From assembly GCF_004010195.1 (NCBI RefSeq), contig NC_057719.1:39794252-39817867 (forward strand): 23,616 nt of DNA, read 5' to 3'. The stretch comes from Chiloscyllium plagiosum. Lineage: Eukaryota. Made by a program: the position numbers and the translations under genes. The notes under the pieces were generated by a model that was not told where the DNA came from, did not search any database, and was given only the letters and a program-made list of their open reading frames with translations. Positions 10,199-21,784 of the stretch are shown here, in pieces; the first letter of the stretch is position 1; every line of letters begins with the position of its first letter.

Positions 10199-13100
10199 TT
10201 CTACAAAGAATTTGTAAATATATTGCCAGCGCCGATGCTGGACACGTACAACTACTCATACAGTTGTGATTGACTCCCACCATCCATGAAAGAGACCAAA
10301 AGCTCTCTCAGCCTTAAGAAAGGGAAGACCCTGGAGGACTGTGCTTCTTAGAGGCCCATCTCGCTTTTAAATTTTGATTTTAAAATTTTGTCTAAGACTC
10401 TTGCATTAAGGGCTGGAAACAGTGTTGCCTTCCATTGTCATAGAGGATCAGACAGATTTTACAAAAGGTCGCAGATCCTCCAACAACATTAGGAGATTAC
10501 TTAATATGGTCCATGCGTGTCAGCAGCAATCTGTTCAGGGATTGGTGATCTCTTCAGATGCAGAGAAGGGGTTTGACCAGGAGGAGTGGCCATATCTTTT
10601 TAACACCCTGGAACGGTTCGGTTTAGGTGAAGTCTTTATTAGATGGGTAAGGGTCCTTTATAACAATCCTCTGGCTGAGGTTCTCACCAATGGAGTAAGA
10701 TCCAGTATTTGTAGGGACAGTTAGCAAGGTTGTCCCCTCTCACCACAATCTTTTACACTGATGATTGAACTGCTGTCAGAGGCTATCCATAGGGACCCTA
10801 ACATAACAGCCCCAGAAGTGAGATCAAAGGCACATAAGATCACATAATATGTGGATGACGTAGTTATCTTTCTGTTGAACCCAGTAGTTTCTGTACCTCA
10901 TTTGACACAATGTATTAATCTATTTGGCTCGTTTTTTGGGCTATAAGATTAATTTTTCCAAATTGGAGGCTACACCTATGGGGAGTCTTGGGGGAATATC
11001 TGATGTTGAGGGTGAGTCACGGTTCCCCTTCAAGTGGTCACTGGGAGGTTTTCTTTATTTAGGTATTTTTGTTACTTCCGTCTTCGATCAGTTATTTAAG
11101 GCTAATTTTATCCACTTGTTTGACATAATTAAGCAAGATCTTCAAAGATGGGAGGCTCTTCCAATATCCTGGTTAGGACAAGTAGCCCTTATTAAAATGA
11201 ATGTCCTTCTTTGTTTGCTATACCCCATGCGAATGCTTCCCTTGATTTTTCCCAGGTAAATATTTAAGAGACTTAATAGCTGGTTTAATTCTTTTATCTG
11301 GCACCATAGGCGGCCCTTTAGTAAGCTCACCAAATTGCAACTGCCCCAAGGTCTGTGGGGAGGGGATCTCCCGGATATTAAAAGATATCAATTAAGCGCC
11401 CTTTTATCTTTTGTGAGCAATTGGGCTTGTGAGGACCTGGTGTCAATATGGTTGGATATTGAGGCCTCCCAGGCAAAGTGACCCCTTATTAGCCTGTTGT
11501 CCTTAGATAAAATGAGGACAGCTGCAGAATACTATCGTAATCCAATAATTATTAATCCTGTCAAAGCGTGGAGGGCAATGAGACAGATTGAGAGTATATA
11601 ATTGGTATAGTTGGTATGCCAGGGTTCCGGCCAGGGATAATGGACTCCAGATTCAGACTCTGGGGAGCTAGGGGAGTTTCTTGTTTGGGTGAAATATTTG
11701 AGGGCAAAACATTGATGCCCTTTGACCAAGTAAGCCGCAAGTATGGATTATCTAGCAGAGATGTTTTTCATATTTTTCAGATTAGGGACTTTATTCAAAA
11801 AGGAACTATGCGCTTGACCGACTCTTACAGAACCGATACAGAGAAGAGGGTACTTTATGCCAAGAGCATTCTCTCAGTTAGTACTCTTTATCATCTGTTG
11901 GGGAATGGGCCATCAGATGATATTGAGCAATTATATGAGGTATGGGAGAGACAGGTAGGAGTTGAGATTTCTTCTGAGACATGGGAGGATATCTGGGAAA
12001 GTGCAATATCTGTAATAGGACCCATGCTATGCAGCTGGCGATTCTTCATAGGGTGCATCTGGCCCCAGACCGTCTCTTGAAATTTAAGGTGTGAGTATCC
12101 TCAGTTTGCCTCAAGTGTAAAATAAGTACTCTCACTCACTGTCTGTGGTCCTGCCACAGGCTTCGGATGTACTGGAGTACTGGAGTGCTATGGCAGGATT
12201 AATAGCAGGATTTTGGTCTTGGGGACCAAAATTAAGATGGACCTGATTTCTCTTCTGGGCCTGCCCAATTTATCTTCTTTAGACACTCTTTGGAGAAAGC
12301 TTTTTAATATGTTTACTTTCTGCACGAGGAAAAATATTTTGATGTATTGGGTGTCTGAAAACCCTCAAGCCTGTCTGGCTGGAGTAAGCTAATCATGGAA
12401 CATATCTCCCCTGGACTTCCTTACAAATATGGTGCACCAAAACACTGAAATTTTTTATCAGACGTGGTAGCCCTATTTGGATTACCTAGATATAGATTTA
12501 TCTGCCATTCTAATTAGGGCTTTTGTGTAGCTATGACGATCTGATTTAGTGAACTTGGTACCCTGACAGGAAGAATTTAGAATAAATGCAGGTGTTATAT
12601 TCAATGCTCTTGAAGGTCGGGAGCTATTGTTTCATTGCACTGAGTGATGCTATTTATTTATCACTTCTACTGGACTGTTTATCTTGCACATGAGTATAGT
12701 TTTGTTTTGTTTATATTGTTGTTTTTAAATTTTTTTTAAAAAGAGTAGCATTATTGTTGGTTTATTGTTGTAATTTTGTAAGAAATCTTTTTTCAATAAA
12801 AATACTTTTTAAAAATGCAGTTAAGAATAAACCAAACAGCAGAGCATAATACTGCTTGATTCATAAAACAAATCGCTTTGAAAGGACAAGCATTGTGCAG
12901 ATTCAAAATGTGCAATACAAAGAAAAACCCCAAAAATTAACAGATTCCATATTCTACAATTCTTTATAACAATAGTTTTGTCCTGTAGCTCAGTACCTTG
13001 AATGGTAAACAATAAATTGGCAGATGATACGAAGTTTTATTTGCCAAATTATTCTATTTAATATATTCACAGAAACACTGAATTGGGTTTCAGTCAAGAC

Positions 13101-13547
13101 AAACAAAACATGCATTTAATCAATCAAAACTTCAATAACATTTAATTTTAACACCATTCAACAAGAAATACAATAGTAAACACACTCTTGAGTTTTGCAA
13201 GCCTGAATCATGTGATGGCATAGACAAAAATGATCAGCAAAACAAAACACCAAAATAAATGGCAGGGCTACTTATAAAATGAAAAGAAGCTGGTCTCAGT
13301 AAATTGACAGCATACAGCCTTGCTTGATTTATTCATAAGTGGTGCCCTCAGAATCTAGAGTACAGCAAAGCAACACCAAGCTGAACTCTGCAATAACGTT
13401 ACACGATGTGGAAACGAATCATGTCTATAAACAATGCACCCTGGTGGCTTATGAGGATAGTCAACCTGCAAACCTGGGTGTCATCTGCACTCTTCACATT
13501 CTGATAACTCAGCCCTGAAAATCTAAGTGTCTCAGATATATTAGTAC

Positions 13548-13693
13548 AAAAGCAAAATACTGCAGGGATGAAATTCTGAATTAAAAATTAGAAAGATGAC
13601 CGATCATCTAAATCTGAAATATTAATTTTGCTTTTGTCTCCATAAATGCTGCCAGAACTGCTGTATTTTGATTTTAGTCTCATTTTGTTTTTA
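13548..13693. repeat. Old short repeat in inverted-end arrangement, related to the 20296-20417 element (putative Penelope-derived)
   Basis: tctccataaatgctgccagaactg matches tctccagagatgctgccagaccta at ~20341. The left part (aaaagcaaaatactgcag) is the reverse complement of that family's 3' end. Confidence 0.5.
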
Positions 13694-16600
13694 ATTCACT
13701 AGTTTGTCATGTTCACATTTCAAAATTGGAAATTGAAACAGGGCTATTATGAAAATATTGGTGCACAAATTCTCAAGCAGAATACCAATATGAAAAAAAA
13801 ACTTTATGCATAGCGTCTTAAAAACACCAATGTGACCTCAATCAAACACCTGAATACCTTTTGTCTTACTGCACTTTCATACTCCCATACTTTATTCTAT
13901 GTTTATTTATCCACGATTTCAATGCTCATGTCAGTCTTCTCAGAATACATTAATCAAATAGTTTCAATTTTTATCTTAAACTATACTGCCATAGGATTAG
14001 GCATTACTGGCAGGGTCAGAAGTTATTGACAATATCAGTCACCTTCTTCAATAAGCTGTTGTATGTGGCAATAGTGCAGGCATATTGACCACGCAATTAT
14101 GAAGGAATGGCAATATATGTTCAACTTAGGCTAATGTTTGACTTGGAGATGATGTCATTCCCAGATACTTGCTACCCTTTTCCTTCAAGATGTTGGAAGT
14201 TTTACTCAGTGCACTCCAACAACTTGCCAAAGCTTGTTCACCAAAGTCTCTAAAACTGTGAAACACATGACAACCATAGTACGCTGGAGCTACTAATTCC
14301 TCAGTCTGCACATAGCAATTTAACATGAATTTACACATTTAGCGTTTATAAACAATTCACAATTTTGTCAAATGCCGGTCTTTGAAGATTAGCTAGAAAC
14401 TCAGTACACCCATGAAAATAAAATTAATTTCTTTGGGCTGCTATTTTTAGTCAAAGAAAACAATTAAGTGTTTTTTCAAATGCAATTATTTGTTGCACAG
14501 ATATACTAATAAAATTTTGTTGTAATTATAGATTGATGTATTGCAAAATAGCATTTTTTAATCTTTGAAAAATGAACTCAGAAACTTAGAATTTATGCCA
14601 AGTATTTGAATTGAGAAGTTGCTATTTATTTCAAACAATTCAAAAAAATTAACATTATCATACCAAAGAAAACACACAATGCTGATCAGTAATATTTAAA
14701 TATTTCAAGTAAACCATTAATCTTTAGTATGGCAGTATTATTTAAATAAAATACTTTGTTTGTTGATGATGAAACGTGACTAGAAAAACAATTTCTTTGG
14801 AGATACCCTAAATCTTAAATAGAAATCACATGGAGAATGAAACTTATTCGAAGGTAGAGTACAACCTGATAATGCAGAGGATTATATTTTTAAATATAAT
14901 CATCCCATAATCCAACAGTTCAAGTTATTATTGGCCAAGTGGACCCTTGGAAAAATATAATTATCAATAGGACACTTGCTGAAACTTTTAAATCTGTTAT
15001 AATCAATAACTTTAGAAGAGAGTGCATTTCAATATCAATTGAGCAAATATTAACAGCATTGTTTGGTTTGCCAATTCACACTAGAAAAAAATTGTTCAAA
15101 TTTATTTTTTCAAAAAATTACATTAGTGCAATTTAAAATTAATATTTCACAGCTGATATCATTGCTGTAATTTTTTTAGAGATGAATTTTGAACTGTTGA
15201 TTTTAACGATATTCATCCAACTGATTAAAAAAGTATAGTCAGTTGATTGATACTGAATTTAAGCAGTGTAAAAAGAAACTGATCGGTATTGCAGGTACCA
15301 GAATAATTTGCTAAAAGATTTATTTGTGACACAATAATATTGTGCTACAAATCTGCATTATTCTTAACATGGTATTTTAAATTCAGTGTTGAGGTATTGC
15401 AATTTTTGATCCATTACAAAACTAAGGCATTTAACGATACATTTTCAGCAAATGCATAGCACAGATATTGAGATATGGATGAATTCTAAGAGCATATTTT
15501 AAGCAATTTATGATTGATGTGTTTCTGTCTTTAAAAAAGAGCAACTGTTATTATTTACAAAATATACAAGTACAGTACAAGCATGGGAGCATGAATATCA
15601 AGCTGCTGCAACTCAATCCTTTGATTCGAACTGCAGCCATATCCAGTTAAATTTTACTCCACATTAGTGATGCAGCATACTGAAAAAGGAAATATCAACC
15701 CTCACTAAAAAGAAAAATTTAAGAGGCTTCATACAAACACATTTTTCAAAAAAAAAGGCTTACTTGTTTTTTAACTGGAAAGTAAAAACATTGCTGAATC
15801 CATGTACTTCTGATTATAAATGCAAATTGATATTGTTCAATTTGCTATAAGGCCCCCAACATTTCAAATACAATGTTTTAACTATAATTCTCAACCCCTA
15901 TTAATGATGAGTGATATTTTAGGTTTAAACTATATTCAAGACAACTGCTGATTAAGTCAATATTCAGTACTATCAATTAAAATCGTTAGAAGTTAATTAA
16001 TGTCATATATCATTAATTTCTGGGCGCATTGGGGACACATTGTTATTTCATTTGATACAACAGACTGAATCAGCTTTTGTGGGATGAGGACAGCCATGAT
16101 GAATATAGTGTGACTATATAGATTGACTGATTGATTCATTTGAAAAGGGCATTGCAAATAATGCACTTTGGTTTGCTTTAACTAAACTGTACAATTAATT
16201 TACTTAACTTTGGTCTCATTCAGTGGAAAGTATATAAAGATTGAATCATTTTTGTATGATGTAAACACAATACAAAATATTGGAGTCACTATCAAGTTAA
16301 GCCAGAGTAAAATCCTAAAGTTTTTCAAAGTTTCTTTGCTAAATATTGAAAGGAGCACTGAAATAATCTTAACCTAATTACCAATCCCCAATTTTGTTTA
16401 AAACAGCCAGTCAACCTTTGTTTAATTTCAGGAAAATGTACATATATTCAAATACACTAAATTATTTTACTTTCATTGGGTATTATTTGGTGTTACCTAA
16501 ACTGCATTTTGATGAAGTACAATTGTCTATACAGAATCTCTCTAGCTATAATGCATTTACACAAGCTAATTGTCAGACTCTCAAAAATCGAGGAAGCATT

Positions 16601-17579
16601 CTCAAGTGCAGTGTGTAAATGTTTGACAAAATATCTCCCTACGGGAGATACATCATTGAAACATTATTGTCAACTCTGTGGGTCAAATCTTTAACAATAA
16701 CATTCAATTATTTTACCTTCAAACTCATCTAATACTTCTCCATGTTATTTCTTCAACACAGATGGATTCTTAGGGGAAAGCAATAAGGCCAGTGGGATAA
16801 CATGCTAGCATGGTAAATGTACATTAAAATATGTAAATTTAACATTTTCTCAAATTTCTCTCTACCATGTGTAGCTTATGTTTTGCATTTCTGGGTTGCT
16901 TTCAAGATAATTGTATAACTGCACAAATTTTAAAAATCTACTGCTTGTGCATGGGCTTGTTAGTTCCACAAACTATGTACTTGAGTGGCTACACAACTGC
17001 ATGCCCACATAGTTGAGGGAGAATAGGAGACTTATTCAATGGCAATAGAAATAAATACACAAACAAATTTAAAAAATTAAAAATTAGTGTGCTCACTTTC
17101 AGCACTCCATCTGAACTATTATCAATGAAATGGTTTGCTTGCAGGTCAAGGCCCAGTTATCTCAGCTAGTCAGCTGACGTGCTGGAGATGAATGAACCCC
17201 AAGAAAAATATGAATGGCTGAAAACCAGCATTAATACGGTAACACCTGGGGTCTAAATCTATCAATTCTTTTGCCGATTTCAAAATATTATAATTCACTG
17301 CCTTGCTATATTGCTCCTAACAAAGCATATATTGTTTGCAATTTTAATGATGTAATGAAATACCAAACCACCTTTATAGCATTCATTATATTACTATTCA
17401 AAATGTAAGAAAAACTTTAATTTTCTTTGAAAAATCTAGCTAAATCAATTACATAATTTAATGATATGAACTTTAATCTTCCTGATAGTGGTAAATGTGC
17501 CTCAACAATTCTTCTAAATGAATAGAAATAGTGCAAAGCATGAGTCAAAAACACTATACTTCATGCATCGAACTGCTAT

Positions 17580-18926
17580 TCAATATTCCCATTCATCTGT
17601 TTTCATGTCTAGATAATTCAGAATATTTTGAGCAAATTTCACTGCTTGTTTTCTGGCAACCTTAGCACCATCATTCCCTCGGGTCTCTACTGCATCGAGT
17701 GCTAGGAGTTGCTTTGTGAGCATTTCTTCCAGTCTCATGTAATTCTTGTCTGTTCTGTCTCCATCAAATGACAATACCTGCTTTTGAAATTCTGACAAAT
17801 CGCTCAGAACCTGCCATATAGCTTTCTGTGAAGGATGTTCATCCCTAAGTTGCTCTTCCATGTTTGCTCTCTTTGCAAGCGTCTCTTTCAGGTCAACATA
17901 AGCTATTACAGCCTGCACATCAACTACAGCTCTTCTCCTAGCTTCACGGATACATGGATTTTTGCCAATGTCTACTTTATCTAATTCAGTAAGAACACTT
18001 TGCAGTTCTCCTTTTGGTTTGAAATGGAGGTCAGAAGCATTTTCTAGTTGTAGCAGCTGTTGTTTTAAATGTGCCGTCTTCTTCCCTATTTCTTCTATCT
18101 GTTTGATAGACTGATTTTGTGCTAGATCGTAACTACCTGCAGCCTCGCCTTCTGATTCAATCTCCAAGTGTTCGAGTAAACAATTGATTTCATGCACTAC
18201 ACGTTTCCGATAGTTTCTTGCTTCTGAGTGCCCAACCACATCAATTGCATCCAATTGCATTAAAAATCCTGTGAGAATACGGGAAAGATGTGCACAGTTC
18301 TCCAAGGTATTCAGGTTCATAAGCAGGCCAATTACATCCCATCTTGCTTTGCTAACTTCACATAAAACAGAGTTGATCTTGGGAACAGAAGGGTGTGTAT
18401 CTGCAGACAGAGGTAAAGATAAGGCTTGCCGACCAATACAATTTTCAATGATGTCCTGCAGTGCACAAATCTTGGTCAAAGCTCGATATCTAGCTTTCCT
18501 CAAGCTAATTTTTCCTCCTGTTTTCACCTGTGTCAGTTGAAATATAATTTCTTGGATGCGCTCAGCAAATTCTTCAGTTATCAAACCCCCAGCTGAAGAT
18601 AACTCATTGGTAACCAACTGTTGTGCATCACTGAAGACCTTTTCCACCCTCAGGCGTGATGGATGAGTTGCAATTTGTTCTAACTCTTTGAGCAGTCCCT
18701 CCACATCATTCACTGCACTTCTACGGCCATGCTGGATGTCAGGCTTGCCATCAGTGTCTACTGCATCTAACTCAAACAGCATCTTGATCAAAGTACTCTC
18801 CAGGCGCTTGTATTCTCTATCAGACTGTGTACCACTGAACGAAACTACAAGTCGCCTAGCTTCATGGATTCCCTTTTGAATTTCTTGGATTCTAATCATG
18901 GAAGGATGTTGTTGACCCATGGCCAT
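17580..18926 (-). CDS. BAG5: BAG family molecular chaperone regulator 5 (tandem BAG domains), 448 aa
   Basis: Intact ORF. N-terminus MAMGQQHPS and C-terminus LNYLDMKTDEWEY match vertebrate BAG5 (MDMGNQHPS...LDLKSDEWEY). Repeated BAG units of the form L..LD.V...G....R..RK.AV. The CDS is in one exon, as in mammals. Confidence 0.97.
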   Translation of the reverse strand: MAMGQQHPSMIRIQEIQKGIHEARRLVVSFSGTQSDREYKRLESTLIKMLFELDAVDTDGKPDIQHGRRSAVNDVEGLLKELEQIATHPSRLRVEKVFSDAQQLVTNELSSAGGLITEEFAERIQEIIFQLTQVKTGGKISLRKARYRALTKICALQDIIENCIGRQALSLPLSADTHPSVPKINSVLCEVSKARWDVIGLLMNLNTLENCAHLSRILTGFLMQLDAIDVVGHSEARNYRKRVVHEINCLLEHLEIESEGEAAGSYDLAQNQSIKQIEEIGKKTAHLKQQLLQLENASDLHFKPKGELQSVLTELDKVDIGKNPCIREARRRAVVDVQAVIAYVDLKETLAKRANMEEQLRDEHPSQKAIWQVLSDLSEFQKQVLSFDGDRTDKNYMRLEEMLTKQLLALDAVETRGNDGAKVARKQAVKFAQNILNYLDMKTDEWEY

Positions 18927-18939
18927 ATTCCCTTTTTCC

Positions 18940-18951
18940 CTAATGAGTCAT
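18940..18951 (-). promoter_or_regulatory. Minimal upstream ORF (ATG ACT CAT TAG) in the BAG5 5' UTR
   Basis: Lies between the predicted acceptor (exon start 18958) and the main ATG (18926); its stop is 13 nt before the main ATG. Confidence 0.6.
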
Positions 18952-18958
18952 AGTGTGT

Positions 18959-18977
18959 CTGAAATTGAAGCAAAACA
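18959..18977 (-). promoter_or_regulatory. Splice acceptor of the BAG5 coding exon
   Basis: Minus strand tgttttgcttcaatttcAG|acac, 32 nt upstream of the ATG. Mammalian BAG5 has an upstream non-coding exon. Confidence 0.75.
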
Positions 18978-19739
18978 TGTTGGTCAGGTGTCATTTCTTG
19001 CAATTAGACCTAAACTTTATTCATCATTGCCTCCAGAATTCAAGTATTGTTAAGTGGAAGATCTGTACATTGGCTTCTACTCCATCTATGCATTTATTAA
19101 ATATGTTAATACATGTTCTTTGTTTAAACAGAAATTCTAACACTCAATTAATTAACCAAGCATTTGACTTTCATGTGGCAAAGCAAAATTCTGAGGCACT
19201 ATTCTGCCAACAGAGTCTAAATTTTGCAGTGACTTTATTTGAGATTTTAAAATGCCACAAATACTTTAGAAAATTGTTGTTTTTAAAAATCAATTGGCTG
19301 TGCTCAACCTTAGAAGTGTCTGTGCGTTATTTAAGCTGCAGTAGGCAATGCATATATCATCTCCACTTCCTATCCCTTAGCCAATTACACAGTTACCACA
19401 TCATTTTAAAAATACAATTAAAACAATCTCTATTTTCTAAAGGTATTGTCAAATACTTGGGAAAGTGCATAATTATACATTACCTTCAATCCCCTGTTAC
19501 TGTCAAACAGGTTAATCAGGTTAGATAGATAGAATTCACTGTCTACTAATGATGAAGCTAAATGAGAAGCACTCCAACGTTCTTCTCTTTAACTATATGT
19601 CAATATTTCATTGTTCCCCAGGAGAAACTGAACCAGTACAATTCATCTTTCACCTCTAAACCCTATCAGATAAGATAATTGAATATCTTTATTTGTCACT
19701 GATCATTTATATAAAACTGTTTGGACTCAGAAATTACAT

Positions 19740-20295
19740 TAGATTATATTGTATTAGATTAGATTAGCTACACAGAAACAGGCCATTTTGGTCCAATAAA
19801 TCAATGGTGATATTTATGGTCCAATCAAATCACCCCAGAATCTAAATATACAATCAATTCATTGCCCTCTTCTGTTTGCCCAGATTTGCCTTAAACATTT
19901 AAGACAAGCTTCAACCCACCCAGTGGTAATGAGTTTGACATTCTTGGTAAGAGATGAGTGAAGAAGTTTCTTCTGAATTACATATTGGTTTCCTTGGTGA
20001 CTAATTTATATTGATGGTCTTTAATTCTCCAGGAGAGGAAATATTCTCTCTGTATTTACTCATTCAAAACCTTTCACATTGTTTAAGATTTCTATTAGAT
20101 CACACATGAGCCTCTTTCTCCCAAGAGAGAAAACATCCAGCCTGTCAATCCTTTCTTGATGTGCATGCCTGTGCACCAGGTATCATTCTTGTAAAAATTC
20201 TCTGCACCCTCTGCATTCTTTTTATAAAATGTGACCAGAACTGTAAGGTCATATAATTGAGGTTTAATGCAGGTTTAGCATGACTTTCCTACTCT
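19740..20295 (-). mobile_element. Old CR1 3' fragment
   Basis: ttagattag tail followed by cagaaacaggccatt..ggtccaa, which resembles the CR1 ends at 9370 and 23420, then a decayed antisense ORF2 C-terminal region. Confidence 0.7.
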
Positions 20296-20417
20296 GTTTC
20301 AAGAAGAAATCATGTCTGACTCAAACATTTACTGTTTATCTCTCCAGAGATGCTGCCAGACCTATAGAGTTTCTACAGCATTTTGTTTTTATTTCAAATC
20401 TCCAGCACCTGCAGTAC
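20296..20417 (+). repeat. Decayed short repeat (putative Penelope-derived end), host of the HE1 SINE
   Basis: Ends tctccagcacctgcagtac[SINE]actgcttttg, similar to the reverse complement of the 21281-21310 terminus. Confidence 0.55.
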
Positions 20418-20737
20418 GGCACAGCAGCTCAGTGGCTAGCACTGCTGCCTCACAGCACCAGGGACCCAGGATGGATTCCCACCTTGGGTGCCTGTCTGGG
20501 TAGAGTTTGCACATTCTCCCAGTGTCTACCTGGATTTCCTCCAGTGCTCTGGCTTCTTCCCACTATCCAAAGATGTACAGGTCAGGTGAATTGGCCATAC
20601 TAAATTGCCCATAGTGTTAGGTGCATTAGTCAGGGGTAAATATAAGGTAGGGGAATGGGTCTGGGTAGGTTACTCTTTGGAGGGTTGATGTGGACTTGGG
20701 CTAAATGGCCTGTTTCCATACTGTAGGGAATCTAATC
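20418..20737 (+). mobile_element. tRNA-derived V-SINE (HE1-like), full length
   Basis: A box AGCTCAGTGG and a decayed B box GGATGGATTCC; V-domain-like gagtttgcacattctccc...ggcttcttcccac; CR1-like tail aaatggcctgtttccatactgtagggaatctaatc; TSD gcagtac (20411-20417) / gaagtac (20738-20744). Confidence 0.88.
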
Positions 20738-20899
20738 GAAGTACACTGCTTTTGACAGAGCTCAATGCACTTGTCAAAATAAATGATGCTGCTAATCTGA
20801 AGTGCAAATATTAGTGAATGGTGTATTTGTATTCAAATTATTTTGCTTCTCTACCCAATAAATAATAAGTGACTTCCTGTTCCTCCAAGCAAAATATAC

Positions 20900-21240
20900 T
20901 ACCTCACATTTTCAAGCAACTATGTTGAACTTCATTAATCAATTAATTGCCCATTCTACATATCTTTGGTAATATAGAGCTGTCCTCCTCAGCATTGACT
21001 ACTCACTCCCAACCCTCACCCCAAATTTTATGTAAAGTATACCAAAAATACCAACAACAATTTGGAGTTTGCAAATTGCAAACAGTAGTGGGCCTAATAT
21101 CAACTCTTGTGGAATACCACTTTCCACTTTGAATATCTATCATTCTCTCTATTTGCTTTCTGTCTTGAAGCCAACCAGCAATCTATTCTGACCCTTTCCC
21201 CTGACTCCACATTCTCTGATTTATCTACAATAGAGCACTT
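20900..21240 (-). mobile_element. Ancient CR1 RT remnant, probably continuing the 19740 copy
   Basis: Minus 21121-21090 translates SGIPQELILG, a decayed SGVPQGSVLG motif. Further decayed CR1-like sequence may continue after 21905. Confidence 0.6.
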
Positions 21241-21278
21241 CAGAAATTCACTTAAATTAGACTTGCAGCATAACCATT

Positions 21279-21654
21279 AGGCAAAAGTGAGGATTGCAGA
21301 TGCTGGAAACCAGAGTCTAGATTAGAGTGGTGATGGAAAAGCACAGCAGGTCAGCCAGCATCCGAGGAGCTGGAAAATCGATGTTTCGGGCAAAAGCCCT
21401 TCCACATAGATACTGGGAGAATGTGCAAACTCCACACAGACAGGCTCCCAAGGTGGGAATCCAACCTGGGTCCCTGGTGCTGTGAGGCAGCAGTACTAGC
21501 CATTGAGCCACTATGCCGTACTGCAGGTGCTTCATTAGTTTTCCTAATGTAAAACTATTTCATTAGGAAGGGCTTTTTCCTGAAACATCGATTGTCCTGC
21601 TCCTCGGATGCTGGCTGACCTGCTGTGCTTTTCCAGCACCACTCTAATCTAGAC
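21279..21654. mobile_element. Outer hairpin element (putative Penelope-derived) with broken hammerhead cores
   Basis: 88-bp inverted arms 21315-21402 / 21567-21654 (5 mismatches). Flanking direct repeat tgcagcataaccatt (21264-21278) / tgcaacataatcatt (21890-21904). Confidence 0.8.
21403..21530 (-). repeat. Inverted copy of 20405-20532 (SINE head plus its 5' flank)
   Basis: 116/128 identity by hand count, ungapped, including 13 nt of upstream flank gcacctgcagtac. Confidence 0.9.
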
Positions 21655-21709
21655 AAAGTTAAAAATCACACAACACCAGGTTATAGTCCAACAGGTTTAA
21701 TTGGAAGCA

Positions 21710-21744
21710 CACTAGCTTTCGGAGCGATGCTCCTTCATCAGGTG
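21710..21744 (-). ncRNA. Minimal type I hammerhead ribozyme motif
   Basis: CAC-CUGAUGA-A-GGAGC-auc-GCUCC-GAA-AGCU-A^GUG: both core boxes, a 5-bp helix II, a palindromic AGCU helix III, a CUA cleavage triplet and a 3-bp helix I. Confidence 0.75.
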
Positions 21745-21749
21745 ATTGT

Positions 21750-21784
21750 CACCTGATGAAGGAGCATCGCTCCGAAAACCAGTG
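21750..21784 (+). ncRNA. Mutated hammerhead motif (predicted inactive)
   Basis: Same motif with AGCU changed to AACC, losing U16.1 and the palindrome. Confidence 0.65.

Larger units (their letters stand above)
7976..12530 (+). pseudogene. L1 ORF2p (APE endonuclease plus RT), disrupted and interrupted by CR1
   Basis: TWNIKG..LQETH, NVYCP, GGDF; KAPSPDGLPSE/FYKEF split by the insertion; RPISLLN, DAEKGFD, QGCPLSP, YVDD (~10848), GYKINFSK, YLGI; C-terminal CxxC...HCLWSC at ~12107-12155. Confidence 0.92.
6618..12815 (+). mobile_element. L1-clade LINE, near full length, decayed
   Basis: ORF1, a ~470-bp T-rich spacer, ORF2 (endonuclease-RT-cysteine-rich C-terminus), and a T-rich 3' UTR with AATAAA at 12795-12800 and a short A tail ending near 12815. 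Confidence 0.93.

Noticed and set aside
14126..14338. 70-aa minus ORF as an extra exon
   Set aside because: No recognisable protein, no convincing splice pair, and it lies downstream of the BAG5 stop.
17580..18926. BAG5 as a processed retrocopy
   Set aside because: A single coding exon is normal for BAG5, an upstream acceptor is present, and no polyA tail or TSD is seen.
18953..19528. 191-aa plus-strand ORF
   Set aside because: Non-ATG start, composition typical of AT-rich non-coding DNA, antisense to the BAG5 intron, no motif.
19545..19638. C/D-box snoRNA-like ATGATGA...CTGA
   Set aside because: It is antisense to the presumed host gene, has a weak terminal stem and no recognisable guide; plausible by chance.
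20418..20490. tRNA gene
   Set aside because: It is the tRNA-derived SINE head, with no complete cloverleaf.
20280..21535. Two near-identical short ORFs (HLQYG...HSTRDPGWIPTLGAC)
   Set aside because: They are translations of the duplicated SINE head, not paralogous genes.
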